This document shows positions 60,905 through 64,000 of a stretch of DNA of 64,000 nt, piece by piece (position 1 is the first letter of the stretch; each line of letters opens with the position of its first letter). Position numbers and translations under genes: made by a program. The stretch spans positions 3,658,001-3,722,000 of the forward strand of contig NC_043025.1 of NCBI RefSeq assembly GCF_006345805.1. Direction: 5' to 3'. Origin of the DNA: Octopus sinensis. Its lineage: Eukaryota. The notes beneath the pieces are model-generated. The model was not told the origin of the DNA, did not search any database, and was given only the letters and a program-made list of their open reading frames with translations.

Positions 60905-63290
60905 TTTCTTTGTTCCTTCCTGAGACATGCCTGGCTCATAAGGGCCAGTTTCCTGGCTTCCTTGGTGTATAGGTTCCCCACCTGGATGGGACGCCGGTCC
61001 ATCGCAGGTGAACTGCAAGATGCAGGAGGAAAGAGTGAGAGAAAGTTGTGGCGAAACAGTCAGCAGAAGTGTTGCCATTACCTTCTGCCGGACCCATGTG
61101 GAGCTTAGGTGTTTCGCTCATAAACACACACACATCACCCGGTCTGAGATTCGAACCCGCAATCTCTCGACCGCATGTCCACTGTTGTTTGTTCCTTCTC
61201 GAGCCATGCCTGGCTCATAAGGGCCGGTTTCCTTGGCGTATAGGTTCCCCACCTGGACAGGACTCCGGTCCGTCACAGGTGAACTGCAAGATGCAGAAGG
61301 AAAGAGTGAGAGAAAGTTGTGGCGAAACAGTCAGCAGAAGTGTTGCCATTACCTTCTGCTGGACCCACGTGGAGCTTAGGTGTTTCGCTCATAAGTACAC
61401 ACGCATCACCCGGTCTGAGATTCGAACCCGCAATCTCTCGACCGCATGTGACTGTTGTTTGTTTGTTCCTTCTCGAGCCATGCCTGGCTCATAAGGGCCA
61501 GTTTCCTGGCTTCCTTGGCGTATAGGTTCCCCACCTGGATGGGACGCCGGTCCATCGCAGGTGAGCTGCAAGATGCAGGAGGAAAGAGTGAGAGAAAGTT
61601 GTGGTGAAACAGTCAGCAGAAGTGTTGCCATTACCTTCTGCCGGACCCACGTGGAGCTTAGGTGTTTCGCTCATAAGTACACACGCATCACCCGGTCTGA
61701 GATTCGAACCCGCAATCTCTCGACCGCATGTCCACTGTTGTTTGTTTGTTCCTTCTCGAGCCATGCCTGGCTCATAAGGGCCGGTTCTCTTGGTGTATAG
61801 GTTCCCCACCTGGACGGGATGCCGGTCCGTCGCAGGTGAGCTGCAAGTTGCAGGAGGAAAGAGTGAGAGAAAGTTGTGGTGAAACAGTCAGCAGAAGTTC
61901 GCCATTACTTTCTGCCGGAGCCGCGTGAATCTTAGGTGTTTCGCTCATAAACACACACACACATCACCCGGTCTGAGATTCGAACCCGCGATCCCTTGAC
62001 TGTGAGTCTGCTGCTCTAACCACTAGGCCATGTGCCTCCAACAACAGCCTTCACACATCAGGTGTTCTTTCTCAAGCCACGCCTGGCTCATAAGGGCCGG
62101 TTTCCTTGGCGTATAGGTTCCCCACCTGGACGGGACTCCGGCCCGTCACAGGTGAACTGCAAGATGCAGGAGGAAAGAGTGAGAGAAAGTTGTGGCGAAA
62201 GAGTCAGCAGAAGTTCGCCATTACCTTCTGCCGGAGCCACGTGGAGCTTAGGTGTTTCGCTCATAAACACACACATCGCCCGGTCTGAGATTCGAACCCG
62301 CGATCCCTCGACTGTGAGTCTGCTGCTCTAACCACTAGGCCATGTGCCTCCAACAACAGCCTTCACACATCAGGTGTTCTTTCTCAAGCCACGCCTGGCT
62401 CATAAGGGCCGGTTTCCTTGGCGTATAGGTTCCCCACCTGGACGGGACTCCGGCCCGTCACAGGTGAACTGCAAGATGCAGGAGGAAAGAGTGAGAGAAA
62501 GTTGTGGCGAAAGAGTCAGCAGAAGTTCGCCATTACCTTCTGCCGGAGCCACGTGGAGCTTAGGTGTTTCGCTCATAAACACACACATCGCCCGGTCTGA
62601 GATTCGAACCCGCGATCCCTCGACTGTGAGTCTGCTGCTCTAACCACTAGGCCATGTGCCTCCAACAACAGCCTTCACACATCAGGTGTTCCTTCTCAAG
62701 CCATGCCTGGCTTATAAGGGCCGGTTTCCTTGGCGTATAGGTTCCCCACCTGGATAGGACTCCGGTCCGTCACAGGTGAACTGCAAGATGCAGGAGGAAA
62801 GAGTGAGAGAAAGTTGTGGTGAAAGAGTCAGCAGAAGTTCGCCATTACCTTCTGCCGGAGCCGCGTGAATCTTAGGTGTTTCGCTCATAAACACACACAC
62901 ATCACCTGGTCTGAGATTCGAACCCGCGATCCCTCGACTGTGAGTCTGCTGCTCTAACCACTAGGCCATGTGCCTCCAACAACAGCCTTCACACATCAGG
63001 TGTTCTTTCTCAAGCCACGCCTGGCTCATAAGGGCCGGTTTCCTTGGCGTATAGGTTCCCCACCTGGACGGGACTCCGGCCCGTCACAGGTGAACTGCAA
63101 GATGCAGGAGGAAAGAGTGAGAGAAAGTTGTGGCGAAAGAGTCAGCAGAAGTTCGCCATTACCTTCGGCCGGAGGCGCGTGGAGCTTAGGTGTTCCGCTC
63201 ATAAATACACACGTCGCCCGGTCTGAGATTCGAACCCGCGATCCCTCGACTGTGAATCTGCTGCTCTAACCACTAGGCCATGTGCTTCTA
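60905..63290 (-). mobile_element. Tandem array of 8 SINE family C units within one TSD
   Basis: GGTTCCCCACC at 60972, 61243, 61525, 61800, 62116, 62428, 62740 and 63054; flanks CAATAGTYGGTTGT at 60891 and 63291. Confidence 0.92.
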
Positions 63291-63454
63291 CAATAGTCGG
63301 TTGTGGTTATCAAAAAGCAACCCAATGGAGAAATACATGTTGACACAGAACACGCTCTGTACTACTTGAACGTACGTATGATACTCACTATTGACTGTTA
63401 AACAAGCACAGTTGAACTAACATCGTAAACTACTCTCCGGAGTATATATATATA

Positions 63455-63670
63455 TCATCATCATCATTTAGCGTCCGCTTTCCATGCTAGCATGGGTTGG
63501 ACGGTTCAACTGGGGTCTGTGAAGCCAGAAGGCTGCATCAGGCCCAGTCTGATCTGGCAGTGCTTTTATAGCTGGATGCCCTTCCTAACGCCAACCACTC
63601 CGTGAGTGTAGTGGGTGCTTTTTATGTGCCACCCGCACAGGAGCCAGACGGAGCTGGCAAACGGCCACGG
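63455..63670 (-). mobile_element. RTE 3' UTR copy (an older plus-strand copy follows at 63730-63940)
   Basis: Match to 5341-5550. Confidence 0.88.
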
Positions 63671-64000
63671 CAGTCTTCTAAGACAATCTCCACTATCAGT
63701 TGGCATTTGGAAGGGCATTGAAAAATTATGCCAAAACTGACCTCACCTGTGCTGGTACCATGTAAAAAGCACTGAGTCCACTCTGCAAAGTGGTTCATGT
63801 TAGGAAGGGCATCCAGCCATAAAAACCCTGCCAAAAGAGACAGAGTAGCATAGAGTAGGTTTTGCTACCTGGCCAGCTCCTGTCAACCATCCTACCCATG
63901 CATGGATGGAAGATGGATGTTAAACAATGATGATGATGATATATATTAGGGTGGTGAGCTGGCAGAAACGTTAGCACGCCGGGCAAAATGCTTAGCGGTA

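Noticed and set aside
60905-63290. tRNA gene cluster, or retrozyme-type hammerhead repeats
   Set aside because: The tRNA-like heads lack a pairing acceptor stem and run into SINE bodies. The only core-like string is CTGATGT (not CUGANGA) and it has no matching GAAA and stems.

Overview
AT-rich, microsatellite-laden eukaryotic DNA, most likely from a coleoid cephalopod (Octopus-like). That is an inference from the effector-less tandem C2H2 gene and the SINE/LINE complement. No prokaryotic operons, CRISPR arrays, rRNA or intact tRNA genes were found. There are two convincing host coding exons, both on the + strand: a 781-aa poly-C2H2 zinc-finger ORF (9759-12104; 24 canonical and 3 degenerate fingers) and a 1790-aa AT-hook plus C2H2 ORF (30110-35482). 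Almost everything else is nested transposable-element debris: four tRNA-derived SINE families (called A-D here), RTE- and CR1-group LINE fragments, Helitron pieces, a maT/Tc1-mariner remnant, a piggyBac-like remnant, three MITE families and Penelope-like fragments. The most striking unexplained pattern is head-to-tail concatemers built from several unrelated mobile elements. The same junction recurs at distant loci, and in three cases a whole multimer sits inside one target-site duplication (TSD). Also notable are a GGT target rule for SINE family B, two degenerate minimal hammerhead-ribozyme-like motifs near 39.2-39.4 kb, and several long hairpins or inverted duplications. All coordinates were counted by eye and element edges may be off by a few bases. 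Family names come from recalled motifs, not database searches.
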